From positions 1,364,001 to 1,428,000 of the forward strand of contig NW_025765780.1 of the NCBI RefSeq assembly GCF_003918875.1: DNA of 64,000 nucleotides, in the 5' to 3' direction. The position numbers were made by a program, and so were the translations under genes. Shown here in pieces: positions 62,601-64,000 of the stretch (its first letter is position 1; every line of letters begins with the position of its first letter). This DNA is from Haliotis rubra (lineage: Eukaryota). The notes beneath the pieces were generated by a model, which made no database searches, had not been told where the DNA came from, and saw only the letters and a program-made list of their open reading frames with translations.

Positions 62601-64000
62601 CTCTGAAACTCAGGGACATAATTTGCCGATGATGAATGCTTAGCAAGGGTTTCGCCAATTTTATTTGCAATGTCAGATTTATCAGTTATCAAGTTATCAC
62701 CATCTTTAAGATGGTGTACAGCTGATTTTGAACCTTTGCCTTTTATTCGCTGAACCATGTTCCAAACCTTAGACATTGGCGTGCGCGAATTAATTTTGGA
62801 GACATAATTTCTCCAAGATTGTCGTTTGTTTTGTTTAAAGGTACGACGCGCCTTTGCATTGAGTATTTTAAATTTATTTAAATTATGGACAGTTGGATGA
62901 TGGCGAAAATAACGCTCTGCCTTTTTCCTCGCTTTTCTGGCTTGTCTACAATCTGTATTAAACCATGGTTTTCGTACATGTGGAGTCGTAGAGGACTTGG
63001 GTATACACTCATCAGCTATTTCATTTAAAACATCAGAAAAGGTTTGAATGGGATCAGTTATATCACTGAAATATTAAGGTCGTAATTTAGATTGACATAA
63101 AGTTTGATATAAAGACCAGTTTGCCTTCGAAAAGTTCCATCTTGTATACGATGGAGAATCAGATGGAGTTATTTCTGAAAGTATAGTTGGGAAGTGGTCA
63201 CTTCCACAAAGGTCATTATGAACAGACCAATCAAATTCATTCAGGACGTTAGAATCTGCAAGAGATAAATCCAAAGAAGAGTAAGTGCCAGTTGCAGGAT
63301 GCAGATAGGTGCTTGAATCATCATTAAATATGCACAGGTCATTATTGGAAATGAAGTCTTCAATTATTTTACCTTTAGTAGTAATGGTAGTACTTCCCCA
63401 GAGTGGGTTGTGACCGTTTAGGTCACCCATGATAACACATGGCTTCGGGAGTTGATCATAGAGTGATTGAAGATCAGTTAGCTGAAGTGTTGATGAAGGT
63501 GGAATATACAGAGAGCATAACGTAAATGCTACACCCAGAGTAAGTCGCACTGCAACAGCTTGGAGATTAGTGTTAAGTGTAACAGGGCTGTGAATAACAT
63601 CATGTCGGATAAGGATAGTAGAACCTCCAGTGGCTCTATCACCTGGAGGGGAAAAATAATGATAGGCTTGAAACTGGCGTAAGTTAAAATGATCTGTCTG
63701 TTTCAGATACGTCTCTTGCAGACAGAATGCTGATGGTGTTAAATCTTGGACAATTAGCTGTATTTCATTAAAGTTGGTCCTTAGTCCTCTACAGTTCCAC
63801 TGCACGATATGTTTTGAAAAACCTATCTTTTAGGTGGATTGATAGGGGATCTACCCCGCACCTTTTTGGAGGGCGACAAACTGTGTGCCCTTGGTTGGAC
63901 GTTTTCGGAGACATCCATGTCCTCAAGGGACCCATATTTGTTATATAATTTAATTCTATCGTCTGACCCTTTTGGGGTTCTGCCACTTTGTTGCTTTGAG
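59611..64000 (-). mobile_element. Non-LTR retrotransposon of the I group (Nimb/I-like): end of ORF1, ORF2 with APE-RT-RNase H-CCHC, and 3' UTR
   Basis: APE: QWNCRG, LQET, GDLNGH, SDHFP. RT: YRPISL, FFDLEKAYD, GVPQGS, FVDD across a 1-bp frameshift at ~61825. RNase H: FTDGSK, AEANAI, FSDSLS, WLPSHVGI. C-terminal CIPC...HLLLDC. One in-frame stop at 63074-63076. Runs off the right edge. Confidence 0.93.

Overview
Eukaryotic, intron-containing and repeat-rich genomic DNA. The SINE and LINE families suggest a gastropod mollusc, possibly abalone; this is inference. The window holds a minus-strand tandem cluster of type-B (alpha/beta-hydrolase) carboxylesterase genes in two subfamilies. Subfamily A has three apparently intact copies (~0.1-1.6, 20.9-23.0 and 27.6-29.7 kb) plus a multiply deleted pseudogene (12.5-13.7 kb); its second exon adds a Ser/Thr stalk, a transmembrane helix and a short tail. 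Subfamily B has two copies (52.6-54.8 and 57.1-59.4 kb) that look secreted. A PLAC8/cornifelin-family gene lies between the subfamilies (3 exons visible, 33.8-36.8 kb). The rest is satellites (38-, ~52-, 44- and 62/45-bp units), two near-complete Tc1/mariner elements, one Tc1 relic, MITEs, at least three SINE families, fragments of CR1-like, RLE-type, BEL/Pao and Gypsy retroelements, a Penelope-like foldback, an assembly gap and a nearly complete RNase H-bearing (I/Nimb-like) LINE. There is no CRISPR array or prokaryotic system. The most unusual features are: (i) a 38-bp repeat expanded independently to very different lengths at the same upstream position of each subfamily-A gene; (ii) a ~20-copy tandem array built from the splice acceptor of the PLAC8 gene; (iii) paralog mosaicism concentrated in predicted substrate-access loops; (iv) a LINE whose 3' end matches the tails of the local SINEs.
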